DNA of 64,000 nucleotides from Mobula hypostoma (GCF_963921235.1 NC_086097.1:45572001-45636000), one strand, 5' to 3'; shown: positions 1-13,459, counted from the first letter of the stretch. Notes: generated from the letters alone by a model not told the origin. Numbers and translations: made by a program.

Positions 1-552
1 TCATTGACCATCCCAAATATTTGCTGATGGTTCATTTCTTGGAACGTGAGGGAGAGAGAATAAGTAAAAGGGGTACGGGAAAATATGGAGAATGAGACCA
101 ATTCTTATGAATCAGTGCTGAGTCAACTGATTGCTTTCTGTGTCGTTACATCCGCAGTGTTGTCACAAATTAAGTTCCAATTATTCAGGTCTTTGATTCA
201 CCTGTAATGATATCACCACCTAGCAAGTTCAATCTCTTCTTCTAGTATCATCATGTATGTCCTGAACCAAAATTTAATTCACTGCATCAGGAAGTGTAGC
301 CTCACACTCACTCATAATCCCAGTTTCTTTCAAAAGAAGCAACTAACTTCAGGACTGACTTGACTTTGTGACATACATTATTATAGTGCCAATAAGTGAC
401 GACTCTTTATGTGCAGCTCTGATGGGAATCATCAAATGTTCCTATTAGGACTATTACAGCTGAAAACCGCAGTCGCAGCCTTGTGTACTTCAGCAAGCAA
501 CATCGTTTTAAGATATTTTTTAAAAAAAATTCTATTGATACTCAAATCTAGT

Positions 553-1341
553 CACTTTGGTGGCAAGAACAGGAAAACAGATTATTATCTGAGTGGTGGC
601 CGATTAGGAAAAGGGGAGGTGTAATGAGACCTGGGTGTCATTGTACACCAGTCATTGAAAGTGGGCATGCAGGTACAGCAGGCGGTGAAAAAAGTGAATG
701 GTATGCTGGCATTCATAGCAAGAGGATTCGAGTACAGGAGCAGGGAGGTTCTACTGCAGTTGTACAAGGCCTTGGTGAGACCACACCTGGAGTATTGTGT
801 GCAGTTTTGGTCCCCTAATCTGGGGAAAGACATTCTTGCCATAGAGGGAGTACAAAGAAGGTTCACCAGATTGATTCCTGGGATGGCAGGACTTTCATAT
901 GATGAAAGGCTGGATCGACTAGGCTTATACTCACTGGAATTTAGAAGATTGAGGGGGGATCTTATTGAAACGTATAAAATTCTAAAGGAATTGGACAGGC
1001 TAGATGCAGGAAAATTGTTCCTGATGTTGGGGAAGTCCAGAACGAGGGGCCACAGTTTAAGGATAAAGGGGAAGCCTTTTAGGACCGAGATGAGGAAAAA
1101 CTTCTTCACACAGAGAGTGGTGAATCTGTGGAATTCTCTGCCACAGGAAACAGTTGTGGCCAGTTCATTGGCCATATTTAAGAGGGAGTTAGATATGGCC
1201 CTTGTGGCTAAAGGAATCGGGGGTATGGAGGGAAGGCAGGTATAGGGTTCTGAGCTGGATGATCAGCCATGATCATACTGAATGGCGGTGCAGGCTCAAA
1301 GGGCCGAATGGCCTACTCCTGCACCTATTTTCTGTGTTTCT
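553..1341 (+). mobile_element. 5'-truncated CR1 LINE (ORF2 C-terminus and 3' tail)
   Basis: LYKALVRPHLEYCVQFWSP and RNFFTQRVVNLWNSLP-type CR1 motifs. Closely similar to 23765-24552; in-frame stops at 622-627. Confidence 0.9.
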
Positions 1342-1439
1342 TGCAATATTCGTGGTTCCCGGACTGCAGACTTGGGTCATGAGTGTAGATCCCCTTTAAG
1401 AAAACAGAAGCATGAAGACAAGTCAGTCTGTAGGTATGA

Positions 1440-4400
1440 TAGGTATGATTAAAATGCAGAGGCCTTAGACCCACCTTCCCCAACTCCCGACTATCCTGCT
1501 GGCAAATGTACAGTCTCTGGAAAATAAAATTGAAGACATCAGAGCATGATTGTTGTAGCAGAGGAACATCAGGGACTGCCGTATATTTTGCTTCACAGAA
1601 ACATGGCCGGCTGCAGCCCATGGATTCACCATTCTCTGCAAAGACAGCACAGCTCAGTCTTTTAAGGTAGAGGAGGTGGAGTATGCTTTCTGATTCAGTC
1701 ATTGTAGTGCACAGATGTGGCAGTTCTGTCTCAGTCCTGCTCTTGTGATCAAATGTCCGTTTTATCCAGGAGCAGTGTACATGTTAATGTCAAGCAGGCA
1801 CTGAAGGAGCTGAGCAGCATGATCAGCAGTCACAAAGCATCGCACTATGATGCCTTCACTATCATTGCAGGGGATTTCAACCAGGCCAACTTGAAGAAGT
1901 CACAAAATAACTACCAATAACGTATCACCTGAGGAGCCACAACACAACCACTATTATACTACCATCAAGAACGCCTCCCATGCCCACACTTTGGAAAGTC
2001 TGATCACCTGTTTGTACTTGTACTGCCGGCATTTAGGCAGAGACTAAAGATCACAACACCAGTGTTGAGGACCAAGAAGGTATGGTCAAGGGAAGCAGAG
2101 GAGCGCTAACATGATTGCTTTGAGTCAGTGGACTAGACAGTATTCAAGGATACATCTTCGACTCTGAATGAATCCGTCCCAGTTGTCTGTGACTTCATCT
2201 AGACCCGTGTGGATGAGTGTGTGCCTTTGGCAACGTACCAAAACCAAAAGACGTGGATGAACCGGGAGATTCACCATCTGCTGAGGGATCTGTGGCATTC
2301 AAGACTGCTGATCCAGAGCTGTAAAGAAGTTCAGGTACAACTTACGAAAGGCTATTTTAAGAGCGAAAGAACATTTCTGATTGAAGTTAGAGAAGGAATC
2401 AACTGCACATCAGCCCTGGCAGGATTTGCAGGCCATTACTTCCTACAAGGCGAAACCTAACTTCATGAATGGTAGAAATACTTGCAGATGAAACTCAAAA
2501 TTTTTTAATGCGTGTTTTGAAAGGGAGAATAAAACAGCACCAGTATGAATCTCTGCAGCATCGTGTAACCCCATGATTTCCGTCTTGGAGGCTGATGTCA
2601 GAATATCTTTCAAGAGAGTGAAATCTCACAAGGTGTCAGGCCCTGATAGTGTACCTGGTAGGGCATTGAAAACCTGTGCCACACAAATGGTGGGAGTGTT
2701 CGAGAATATCTTCAATCTCTCACTGCTGCAGTCGGAGATTCCCACCTTCTTCAAAAGGGTTGACAATCATATTAGTGCCCAGAAGAGCAGGGTGAGCTGC
2801 CTCAACAACTATCGCCCAGTTGCACTCGCATCGATTGTGATTGAGTGCTTTAAGAGGTTGGTCGTGGCCAGAATGCACTCCTGCCTAAGCAAGAACCCAG
2901 ATCCACTGTAATTTGCTTATTGCCACAATAGGTCTATGGCAGATGCAATCTCACTAGCTCTCCGCTTGGCCTTGGATCACTTGAACAATAGCAAAACCTA
3001 CATCGGGCTGCTTTTTATTGATTACAGCTTTGTATTCAATACCATCATGCACTCAGTTTTAATCAACAAGCTCCAAAACCTGCGCCTCTGTACCTCCTCT
3101 GCAACTGATCCTTGACTTCTTCCCTGGGAGACCACAGTCAGTGCAGATCGAAAATAACATCTCTTCCTTGCTGACAGTCAACACTGGCACACCTCAAGGG
3201 TATGTGCTTAGCCCACTACTTTACTCTCTCTACGCCCACGACTGTGTGGCTAGCCACTGCTCAAACGCCATCTATAAATTAGCCGATGACACAATTATAG
3301 TGTGTTGAAAAGCCCTTCAGACCCCATAACTATTTTCACATTTTACTGTCTCAGTTTCTAAATTTAAAATATATTAAAGTAAGATTTTTTGAGCTAATCT
3401 ACAAACATCGTGCATCATGTCAAATCAAAAGAAAAAATCCAAAACCTACCTGCAAATTATTAAAAATTAATAAAACTAAAATTGTGATGCTGACAAAGTA
3501 TTCACCCCTTTATAATTACCACACTAATATCTTTAGGTGTAATATCCTGTAATATCTTACCAACTCACCCAATTTGTTGATGTAGAAAATTGGAGGATGA
3601 CCTGTTTTCAATGAATGCATAAGAATAAATACCTTCTCTCTGTAAGGTCCAACATTATGGTAGATTTTTAACAGAGTAAGCCAAAATGAAGACAAGAGCT
3701 TTCAAGGCAAGTTGGGAAAATAATAATAGAGAAGCCCACATCTGGGGAAGGGCAAGACCATCTGAAAGGCACTGAACATACTTTGGAGCTCAGTGTAGTC
3801 CATTGTGGGAAAAAGTATGAAACCACAGCCACACTGCCTAGATCAGGTCACCCCTCTAAACTTAGTCACCAGAGAAGAAAGGAAAGAGGGTTACTGTGAT
3901 GTCAACAGTCTTTCTGAGTGAGCTGTGGAAGTCAGTGGCTGCAACTTGAGATGAGGTTCTTGGCTGCACAATCTCCAAGGTCTTGCACAAAAAGCTATTT
4001 ATGGAAGAGTGGCCAAGTAGAAGCACCATCTTTTTTTTTTAAAAAAAGCATATACTTGCCTGTAAAGACTTTGCAAGACTTCACTCAGACAATGCGGTAA
4101 AGATGTGGAAGAAGGTCTTTTGGTTAGACGAGACTACAGTGGAACTTCCTGACCTCAACGTTAAGCAATACATGTGGTGTGCATGTAATACTGTGCATCA
4201 ACCAGGCAACACCATACCTACTCTACAGTTTGGTGGAGATAGCATCCTGCTATGAGGATACTTCTCAGCAGCAGGAACTGGAAATCTAGTCGTGGATAAA
4301 ATCCTGCTAGCCTCTGCCAGAAAGTTCATCTTTCAGCAGGGCACAGACCCAAAACACAGTGACAGAGCAACCATGGAATTGCTTCAAGTGAAGAAAATTG

Positions 4401-5630
4401 ATGTCCTTAAGTGGCCCAGTCAGAGACTTGACCTTTACCCAATCAAACATCTCTGGCAGGACCTCAAGATTGCTGTCCCCTGCCACTCCCCAATTAACCT
4501 GGCAAATCTTGCTCTATCATGTTGTGTAAAGCTAACAGAGACTTTACCGTAAAGGCTACTGGCTGTAGTAGCTGTGAGAGGTGGTTCTGAGCAAAGGGAG
4601 AACTGCTAACGTTTCAGTTTTTGAATATTTAGTTTTACATGCTTTTCAATTTTCCTTGATTTTTTTGGGCTGTACTGTGGAAAAAAGGAGCATATGACCA
4701 GCAAATAAAAATTCTCAGTTAAATTGATCGAAATCTCTGAATATAATACTCATTTATGTGAACAAAGGATTGGGGTGGAGGCTCAATACTTTTAAAAGGC
4801 ACTGTATTGTTGGCAGAATTTCAGGTGGTGACGAGGCATAGGGGAGAGAGGTAGATCAGCTGATGAAGGGGTGTCACAACAACAACCTTGCACTCAACAT
4901 CAGTAAGACCAGGGAGTTGGTTGTGGACTTCAGGAAGGGGAAGTCGAGGAACACAGACCAATCCTCATCGAGGGATCAGCAGTGGAAAGGGCGAGCAGTT
5001 TCAGGTTCCTGAGTGTCACCATCTCTGAAGTTCTATCCTGCATCTAACATATTGATGCAGTTACAAAGAAGACATGGCAGCGGCTATATTTCATTAGGAG
5101 TTTTAAGAGACTTGGTGTGTCACCAGAAACTCTCAAATTTCTACAGATGTACCATGGAGAGCATTCTAACTGGTTGCATCACTGTTTGGTATAGAGGGGT
5201 GACTGTACAAGATTAGAAAAAGCTGCGGGAAATTGTAAACTCAACCAGCTCCATCATGGGCACAAGCCTCTCCAGCATCGAGGACACCTTCAAAAGGCAA
5301 TGCCTCAAAAATGTGGCATCCATCATTAAGGTCCTCCATCATCCAGGACATGCCCTGTTCTCATTGCTACCATCGGAGGGTGGGGGGGTACAGGAGCCAG
5401 AAGACAAACATTCATTGTTTCAGGAACAACTTTTTACCTTCTGTCATCAGAATTCTGAATGGATAATGAACCCCTGAACACTACCTCACTTTTTTAGATT
5501 ACTTTTTTGCTCTCTTTTTGCACTACTTAATTTTTGTACATATTGTAATTTTTTTTTATTAGCTATTGCTATGTACTGCCTCTGTAAAACAAAACATTTC
5601 CTGACACATGCCAGTGATTAAATCTAATTG
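1440..5630 (+). mobile_element. Degenerate Rex1/Babar-type LINE (APE and RT), split by a Tc1 at 3298-4804
   Basis: LPTILLANVQSLENKI start, IIAGDFNQANLK, GPDSVPGRALKTCA, NNYRPVALAS and ADDT|IVGRIS motifs. Many stops and frameshifts; boundaries approximate. Confidence 0.8.
3298..4804 (+). mobile_element. Degenerate Tc1-family DNA transposon
   Basis: TA|TAGTG...CACTG|TA ends (TA at 3296-97 and 4805-06). Transposase remnants FIFQQGTDPKH and WPSQRLDLYPIKHLWQDLK. Removing it restores the host LINE frame. Confidence 0.85.
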
Positions 5631-7228
5631 TGGTATGCTGATAAAAATGAATAATGCCTCAGATTTTTATGTTTCTGATATCTTTGCTGACAGTTGCCCA
5701 ATAGTTCATTTTGAATGTAACTTTCCTGAACACAATGTGTACATGCTGTAAAAATGTATGCACATCTTGATCTAATTGCAATAGTATTGCAAGAAGTTGC
5801 TGATTTTCACTTGTGAAGACAGTTGGTTAAATGCATTCTGCTGTTTAATCACCTTTTCTCAGTCATTCCATTGGAGCCTACTGAGATTAGTGATCAAGCA
5901 TATATTAAAATTGTCTATTTTGAAATTTCCCAGATTCTCATTAGTAATGGCTCTGCATTCTTGCATCTTTCCTCCTGCCACCACAGAATACACAGAATTG
6001 AAATGTTATTCATTCTCTTTCGAGGCTCTTATTTCAAACCTTCATCCACCTAGTCATACTGTTTATCCAGCATATAGTGCAAATTGTACTGGGAATGTAT
6101 CTCCTTATCAAATAAATGCTTGGAAAATGCTGATTTTGTTTCCGTACACTTGTGATGCAGGTTGGATTAATTTGTAATTGAATAAATTAATCCAATCTGA
6201 TTGGCTTTGAGTTAATCATTTTCAAACTGGTTTTCAAGCAGTTTTTTTCAACAATATCTAGAGTCATATTCCTTCCTTGGATTCTATTCCATGCAGGGAA
6301 TGCAACCTCAACTTGTAAAATAATATAAATTACTCAAAGTGATCAGTTTGTCCTGTCAGCAAGCCTGTTTTGAGCTTGGTTTGTAGATTGTAACCTTGAT
6401 TTTATTTACTCCTTAAAGTCCAGGTTCTTTTTCTGGTCATTCTCACTCAATAGTACTTGCAAAATTCTACCCTTCACTGCCATTTTTTCACTCCCCAGTA
6501 TTATTCATCCCCACTATCAAATGTTCTGTTGTCCAGTCAGAAATCCTCTAATGTATTAGAAGTATTGTTGAGTTTTTTAAAAGTTATATTTTTTAATTTG
6601 TAGTGTAGCTTTTCTCTCCATTGTGACTAATTTCACTTTGCATAGGGAAGAAAAGATTACACTACTTTATCCTTTCATCATATTATACTGTTGCAGCCTA
6701 GCCCTCAAGTTGCTAATCCAAATCATTGCAGTTTTTTTCTGAATTCCTTTCATGCCATGTCACTTTATTGAATTCTAACAGCAGTCATGGCTCGTGGGAG
6801 TATGTTGAATGAACTAGTGGAATATGGTGATAAAAGTTAGTTGGTTAAGTGCTGGGGGGTGCTTTATCATTTTCTGAAGCTACATGAAATGGATTCCACT
6901 TTTTTTTTTGTTGAAGGTGTTTGACCAGCTTATTGAAAACTGACTAACAAAACGTTATGAAGCAAGTAAAGAATGTGAGGTACTGAAATTCTAGCTCAGA
7001 ATATGAATGCCACAATAAGTTGCAGGTGTATACCTCTATTAACACAATGATTATCAAATTTATTGTTCTCAATTACAGATACTGTGCTATATTTCTCACT
7101 TCCATTTGGAACTGAGAATTAAAATAATTATAAACAAAATAGGGGAACTTGTACATTACAACATTTGTAAGATTCAATTCATAATTGCAGAAAAAGCAAC
7201 TAAGGTATTCTTAATTTCTCACTTTCAG

Positions 7229-7544
7229 TGCTGGAAAATTTGGAGCATGTTTCATACCAGGCCTCTGCAAACAAACTGACGTTAATTTGTATGCTTCAAG
7301 ACCTGGACTTCGACTCTGGAAATCAGATGTACAAGGAACAGTGCAGTTAACACTCATTCTAAAAGGTGTATTTGCCAGTGGTGTAAAGCCATTTGAGTTG
7401 TTGCCACGAGCAAGTTTGACAACTAAAATCAAAGATGTCAAAACAACTGAGAGAAACCTTGGCCTATTAAAATGCTGCTTACAAGACGGATGGGTACTGA
7501 GCTGGAATGAGACTAGTATTTATGTGATTGATGCAGTTAACCAG
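7229..7544 (+). CDS. TECPR2: TECPR2 internal exon (end of N-terminal WD40-like region)
   Basis: ttttcag| acceptor and cag|gtatgc donor. Translates AGKFGACFIPGLCKQTDVNLYASRPGLRLWKSDVQGTVQ...GWVLSWNETSIYVIDAVNQ, recognised as vertebrate TECPR2. Ends phase 0. Confidence 0.95.
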
Positions 7545-8819
7545 GTATGCAAAAGGCAAAGCTAGTATCATTTTGTGGACTCGCCCTATCACAGAGCACT
7601 GAACTGTTTAGAAACGGGCACTTCAGCCCATCTATTACATGCCTAACTTTTATTCTACCAAGTCCCATCAATCTGCATTGTTCTCCATATCCCTCTCATC
7701 CATGTCCTTATCCAAACTTCTCTTAAATGTTGCAATTGAACCTGTATCCACCACTTCGTCTGGCAGCTTGCTCCTCACGTGTAGTTCTAGTGTCACCCAA
7801 TTTCAGTGGAAAAAAACCTGCTTACATTTACCTTACTTATACCTCTCATAATTTTGTATACCTCTGTGAAATCTCCCCTCATTCTCTATGCTCCAGAGAA
7901 AAAATTGTTACCTACCAACCTTTCCCTATAACTCAAAATCCTCAAATCACAGCAGCACCCATGTAATTTTTTCTCTATGCTACTTCAGTCTTATTGATAT
8001 ACTTAACAGTCAGTTCTGCACACAATGCGCCAATTTTGGTGTCACCAAATTCTTGTACATCTCCAATGTAACATCCCAACACATGTACTCAGTACTCTGA
8101 TTTATGAAAGACAATGTGTCAAAAACCCTCTTTATGACCCTATCTACCTGTGCTGCCTCTTTCAGGGATTAATGGACTTGTATTCCTAGATCCTTCTGTT
8201 CAATCGCACTTCTCTGTGCCCTACCATTCATTGGGCAAGTCCTATCCTGGTTTGTCCTCACAGAACGTGTAGCACCTCACATTTGTCTGCATTAAATCCA
8301 TCTGCCATCTTTTAGTCCATTTTTCCAGCTGGCCCAAATCCCGCTGCAAGCTTTGATAGTCTTCCTCACTGTCCACTATGCCCCCAATCTTGGTGTCATC
8401 TACAAATTTGCTGATCCAGTTTACCACATTATCATCCAGATCATTGATCTAGATGACAAGCAACAACTGACCCAGCTCCGATCCCCATGGCACACCATTA
8501 GTTGCAGGCCTGTAGTCAGAGAGGCAGCCACTTTCTGGCTTCTCCCACAAAGACAACGTTGAATTCAGTTTACTGCCTCACCCTGAAAGCCAATTATTGA
8601 GCCGCCTGACTAGCCACCCATGCAGGACGTTGTCTGTGTGGACATTAGTAAGGTCTTCAACAATGTCCACTGCTTTTCCATCATCACCTTTATTGGTAAT
8701 CTTGAAAAACTCTGTAAGATTAGTTAGACGCTACCTACCGCACACAAGGCCGTGTTGGCTACCCCTAATCAGGTGCTGTCTATCCAAATACTTACCTATC
8801 CTACCTCTTACACACTCGA

Positions 8820-9064
8820 GCAACACACATCAAAGTTGCTGGTGAACGCAGCAGGCCAAGCAGCATCTATAGGAAGAGGCGCAGTCGACATTTCAGGCCG
8901 AGACCCTTCGTCAGGTCGTAAGTCCTGACAAAGGGTCTCTGCCTGAAATGTCGACTGCGCCTCTTCCTAGAGATGCTGCTTGGCCTGCTGCGTTCACCAG
9001 CAACTTTGATGTGTGTTGCTTGAATTTCCAGCATCTGCAGAATTCCTGTTGTTTGCGTTTAAAA
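8820..9064. mobile_element. Penelope-like pLTR fold-back insertion (97-bp inverted arms) with 14-bp TSD
   Basis: Arms 8819-8915 and 8924-9020 differ at 3 positions. TCTTACACACTCGA at 8806-8819 and 9065-9078. CTGANGA...GAAA motif in the arms. Confidence 0.8.
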
Positions 9065-9089
9065 TCTTACACACTCGAACCCCTTTGCA

Positions 9090-9775
9090 CCGGCAGCACA
9101 GCAGTGGTACTCCTGGGAGTGCACATCTCACACACACACCTTGGAGCACATCCTACACAATCAGGAAAGCTCACCAACTCCTCTATCTGAGGAGGCTGCA
9201 AAGTGCCGGACAATGCACACCTGTACTCACATTATTCTACAGATGTGCAATGAAGCATATCCTAACATGCTGCATCACCTCATGGTATGGAACCTGCACT
9301 ACAGTGGAACAGAAAACTCTTCAACGGGTAGTTAAAACTGCCCAACACCTCACCAGCACCAGCCTACCTGCCATCAAGGGCAGAAAAGAGCTGGAAAAGG
9401 GCCAGTAACATCATGAAGGTTCCCATCCACCCTGCTCATGAACTGTTTGTCCCATTCACATTAGGACTGCCAGACTCAAAAACAGTTATTTTTCCCAAGT
9501 AATAAGGCTGTTCAATGTCTCTACCCACTAACCCACCCTACCACCACGACTTCATTTCCTGTCAGAGCCACCTCATGTACAAGCACTCCCCTGCCTAGTG
9601 TCACTTTATGAACAATCAATCTGTGTATGTAAGTCATCTTATGTATTTATATTAATTGTATATTTTTATTTGATTTTTATCTTATTGTGGTCCTTTTGTG
9701 CTGCATCAGATCCAGAGAAACAATTATTTTGCTTTCCTTACATTGTGTACAGAAACTGACATTAAACAATCTTGA
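9090..9775 (+). mobile_element. Rex-Babar-type LINE 3' fragment
   Basis: IRKAHQLLYLRRL...FYRCAMKHILTCCITSWYG...LQRVVKTAQ motifs. Confidence 0.7.
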
Positions 9776-10181
9776 ACATTTGGAATTTATCCACTACTGG
9801 TGTCAGGCTAACTGGCCTATAATTTTTCAGCTTATTCTTAAGCCTTTCTTGAACAGGTGAGCAACTTTAGCTATCCTCCGATCCTTCTGCACATCACCCA
9901 TGGTTAAGGACATTTAAATATTTCTGTCTAAGCCCATGCAATTTCTACATTCGCCTCCCATGAGGTCTGAAGGGATACCTTGTCAGGCCCTGAGGGTTTA
10001 TCCACCCGAATGTGCCTCGAGAAAGCAAGTTACTCCATTTTAAATTCTAATGTGAATGTGTGCAATAAAGCATCACTTGTGGAAAGCATTACAGATTGAG
10101 TTTTCCTACTACTATTGAAAAGGCATAATTTATGAAATGATTGTTATAAATGAAGATAAGTTATAATAGGATATGAAGTTC

Positions 10182-11175
10182 AAGACTAGTGGTGTGCCAC
10201 AGGGATCAGTGCTGGGTCCATTATTATTTGTCATCTATATCAATGATCTGAATGATAATGTGGTAAATTGGATCAGCAAATTTGCTGATGATACAAAGAT
10301 TGGAGGTGTAGTGGACAGTGAGGAAGGTTTTCGAAGCTTGCAGAGGGATTTGGACCAGCTGGAAAAATGGGCTGAAAAATGGCAGATGGAGTTTGATACA
10401 GACAAGTGTGAGGTATTGCACTTTGGAAGGACAAACCAAGGTAGAACATACAGGGTAAATGGTAAGGCACTGAGGAGTGCAGTGGAACAAAGGGATCTGG
10501 GAATACAGATACAAAATTCCCTAAAAGTGGCGTCACAGGTAGACAGGGTTGTAAAGAGAGCTTTTGGTACATTGACCTTTATAAATCAAAAGTATTGAGT
10601 ATAAGAGTTGGAATGTTATGGTGAGGTTGTATAAGGCATTGGTGAGGCCAAATCTGGAGTATTGCGTGCAGTTTTGGTCACCAAATTACAGGAAGGATAT
10701 TACTAAGGTTGAAAGAGTGCAGAGAAGGTTTACAAGGATGTTGCCAGGACTTGAGAAACTGAGTTACAGAGAAAGGTTGAATAGGTTAGGACTTTATTCC
10801 CTGGAGCGTAGAAGAATGGGGGGAGATTTGATAGAGGTATATAAAATTATGATGGGTATAGATAGAGTGAATGCAAGCAGGCTTTTTCCACTGAGGCTAG
10901 GGGAGGAAAAAAAACAGAGGACATGGGTTAAGGGTGAAGGGGGAAAAGTTTAAAGGGAACATTGGGGGGGCTTCACACAGAGAGTGGTGGGAGTATGGAA
11001 CAAGCTGCCAGATGAATTAGTAAATGCGGGCTCACCTTTAACATTTAAGAAAAACTTGGACAGGTACATGAATGAGAGGTGTATGGAGGGATATGGTCCA
11101 GGTGCAGGTCAGTGGGACTAGAGAATGGTTCGGCTCAGCCAAGAAGGGCCAAAAGGTAATGTTCTATGGTTCTAA
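10182..11175 (+). mobile_element. 5'-truncated CR1 LINE (RT core to 3' tail)
   Basis: [21 protein letters not shown]...SKFADDTK. Frameshift near 10590; TTCTATGGTTCTA tail. Confidence 0.9.
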
Positions 11176-11731
11176 GAAAATGGATTCTCAGATTTATGTC
11201 TGATTTCTAATTATGAATAGAGTAAATGCTTTGAGAGTTCATAAATGCAAATGGAGAGCATCTCTCTAAGTCTTGTAGAGTTGAAAATTTTCTGCCAAAT
11301 TGGAACACTCCCTTGTTAATGTTGGGATCTGGGTCCATTCTCATTTTGAGTAGTAGTTAGAGACAGTGTATTTCAGTGGGTGTTTTTGAATGTTTCATTT
11401 ATCTTATTTTGATGTATCAGCCATGGAAACCAATATTGGGGAGAAAAATACTTGAATGACCTGCCTGCCCTTTTATTGATCATTTATAGCCACATATTTT
11501 TAAAGGTTTTACAATAGTTATTAATTTCTTTCATGCTATATGATATAAATTTTGCTCTTCTTCAAATGTTATGTTCATTTGATGGTGAGTACTGTTAATA
11601 TACGCTCATTGAAAGTTAATGATTGTGAAGGTAAAATAAATTTGTCATTTGCAAAGGCTTAAGGTGATGAAAATCAGGTTGAATTAAGTGATGATTTTAC
11701 CTTTTTGATGTTTGACACATGACATTTGCAG

Positions 11732-11861
11732 GCTCTGATTGGTGGACTGGAAGGGTTCAGTAGTATTCTCTCTGTTTCCTGTGTGGAAGATGAGATTTTC
11801 ATATTGACTGATGATCGTGATATTATTCGGATCTCCAGCAAAGCAGAAGGTTTGAAAATGG
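11732..11861 (+). CDS. TECPR2: TECPR2 internal exon
   Basis: ttgcag| ... atgg|gtaaga, 130 nt. Translates ALIGGLEGFSSILSVSCVEDEIFILTDDRDIIRISSKAEGLKM. Phase 0 to 1; absent from the ORF track. Confidence 0.92.
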
Positions 11862-12319
11862 GTAAGAGTAGTTGACTAATTATTTTTGAAAAAAAGCAAA
11901 TGTTGAACTCTGTCATATATTGTGGTACCGGTGAATTGGTTTTTTATTGTCTCATGCACTGAGCTGTAGTGAAAAACTTGTCTCGAATACCATTCGTACA
12001 GAACAATTCCTTACAACAGTGCATTGAGGTAGTACAAGGTAAAACATAAAGAGAGTACAGAATAAAGTATGAATTTACAGTGCAGATACTTTATACTTTA
12101 TTGTCGCCAAAGAATTGATACTAAATTGATGCAGTGAGGATAGACAGTAAGGTGCAAGCCTATAATGTCTGAGTCACACAGATCAGAAGGTGAATGCCAG
12201 ATTTCAGTTAAGTTTGCTGGCTGTTGGGAATTAATATTGGTCTTGGTTTCTGGCATTCCAGATGGATTGATTATAGAGTTGGGAGAAATCTTGGTGTCCC
12301 TTCTCCTCTTTGTATTATA

Positions 12320-12515
12320 ATAATTCCCGCAGTTGCCTGTAAGGAGTTTGTACATTCTCCCCGTGACTGCTCGAGTTTCCTCCCACAGTCCAAAGATGTA
12401 CAGGTTGCTGGGTTATTTGGCCATTGTAAATTGTCCCGTGATTAGGCTCAGATTAAGGTGGGGGTTTGCTGGGTGACGTGCCTCGAGGGCTTATTCTGTG
12501 CTGTATCTCAATAAA
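12320..12515 (+). mobile_element. V-domain SINE (HE1-like), partial
   Basis: GTTTGTACATTCTCCCCGTG...TTTCCTCCCACAGTCCAAAGA...GGCCATTGTAAATTGTCC, resembling the V-SINE core. Related copies near 38020, 46180 and 56790. Confidence 0.65.
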
Positions 12516-12907
12516 GAATGCTCATCCGTAGATTTGTAGTAAGACCTGGATCTCTTAAATTCTGTGTATTTGTATCTCCACCTTCATAGTTAAAAAGGCT
12601 CATAATGTGGATAATACAGCTGAGCACTGGAGTGCAGCAGATTTCCTTGTAACTGTACCCATTTCCTACTTACCCTTGAGAATAAAATCATGTTGAAAGG
12701 GAGGGAAAATTGTTAATTTAAAATCACTAAATTTATTGGAAGAAAAAAATGACCATCTACAGTGTATTACACAAGTAATCTTAAATTTGTACTAGCTTTT
12801 TGGGACTGAAAACCATTAATTTGTGTACTTGGTATAAATAAAAGGAGCAGGGTGTAGGATTCATCAAAATCATGGCTGATCTTTCACCTCTCTGCCATTC
12901 TCCCACT

Positions 12908-12997
12908 AACACAAAATACTCTGCAGATGCTGGGGTCAAAGCAACGCTCACAACACGCTGGAGGAACTGAGTTCCTCCAGTGTGTTGTGAGTGTTGC
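12908..12997. mobile_element. Short Penelope-like pLTR fold-back (28-bp arms)
   Basis: 12941-12968 and 12970-12997 are inverted with 2 mismatches, preceded by CTGCAGATGCTGG (reverse of the pLTR tail at 9027-9040). Confidence 0.6.
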
Positions 12998-13459
12998 ATT
13001 CTCCACCACTAGCTGCATATCCCTTGATTCCTTTCATACTCAGAAAATTATTGATCTCTGTTTTGAATGAATATTTGTTTAGGACAGAATATTTCAAAGT
13101 GTCATTACCCCATGAGGTTAAGAAATTTCTCTTGATCTTAAAGACTAAGTACCTCTTATTCTCAAACTATGTTCCCTGGTCATAGACTCTTTACTGCTGC
13201 TGTATTCTGCTGCTTCTAACATCAAGCTCTTTAAAAAGATTTCACCGTATCTGCTCTTATTCTTACAAACCCTAAAGAATACATTTCCAGTCTCTTCTTA
13301 TACAGCAGACCTGCCATCCCTGTAAGCAGTCTTGTAAATCTCCTCAAATCTTCTTCTGCACTCACAATCCCACCTAGTTTTGTGTAGCCAACCAACTTGG
13401 AAGTGTGATATTCTGTATCTTAGCCAAATCAATGATATAAATCATGAAGAGCTAGACCC

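Larger units (their letters stand above)
7600..10030 (-). mobile_element. Degenerate CR1 LINE fragments, interrupted at about 8810-9785 by Rex-Babar and Penelope pieces
   Basis: Minus-strand WISKFVDDTKIGGIVDSEE (ORF 8242..8427). Colinear with 32323-33530; boundaries approximate. Confidence 0.75.

Noticed and set aside
585..1175. 196-aa minus-strand ORF (also 14809..15288, 15871..16476, 23375..23779, 24257..24484)
   Set aside because: Antisense shadows of CR1 coding sequence, with no independent protein motifs.
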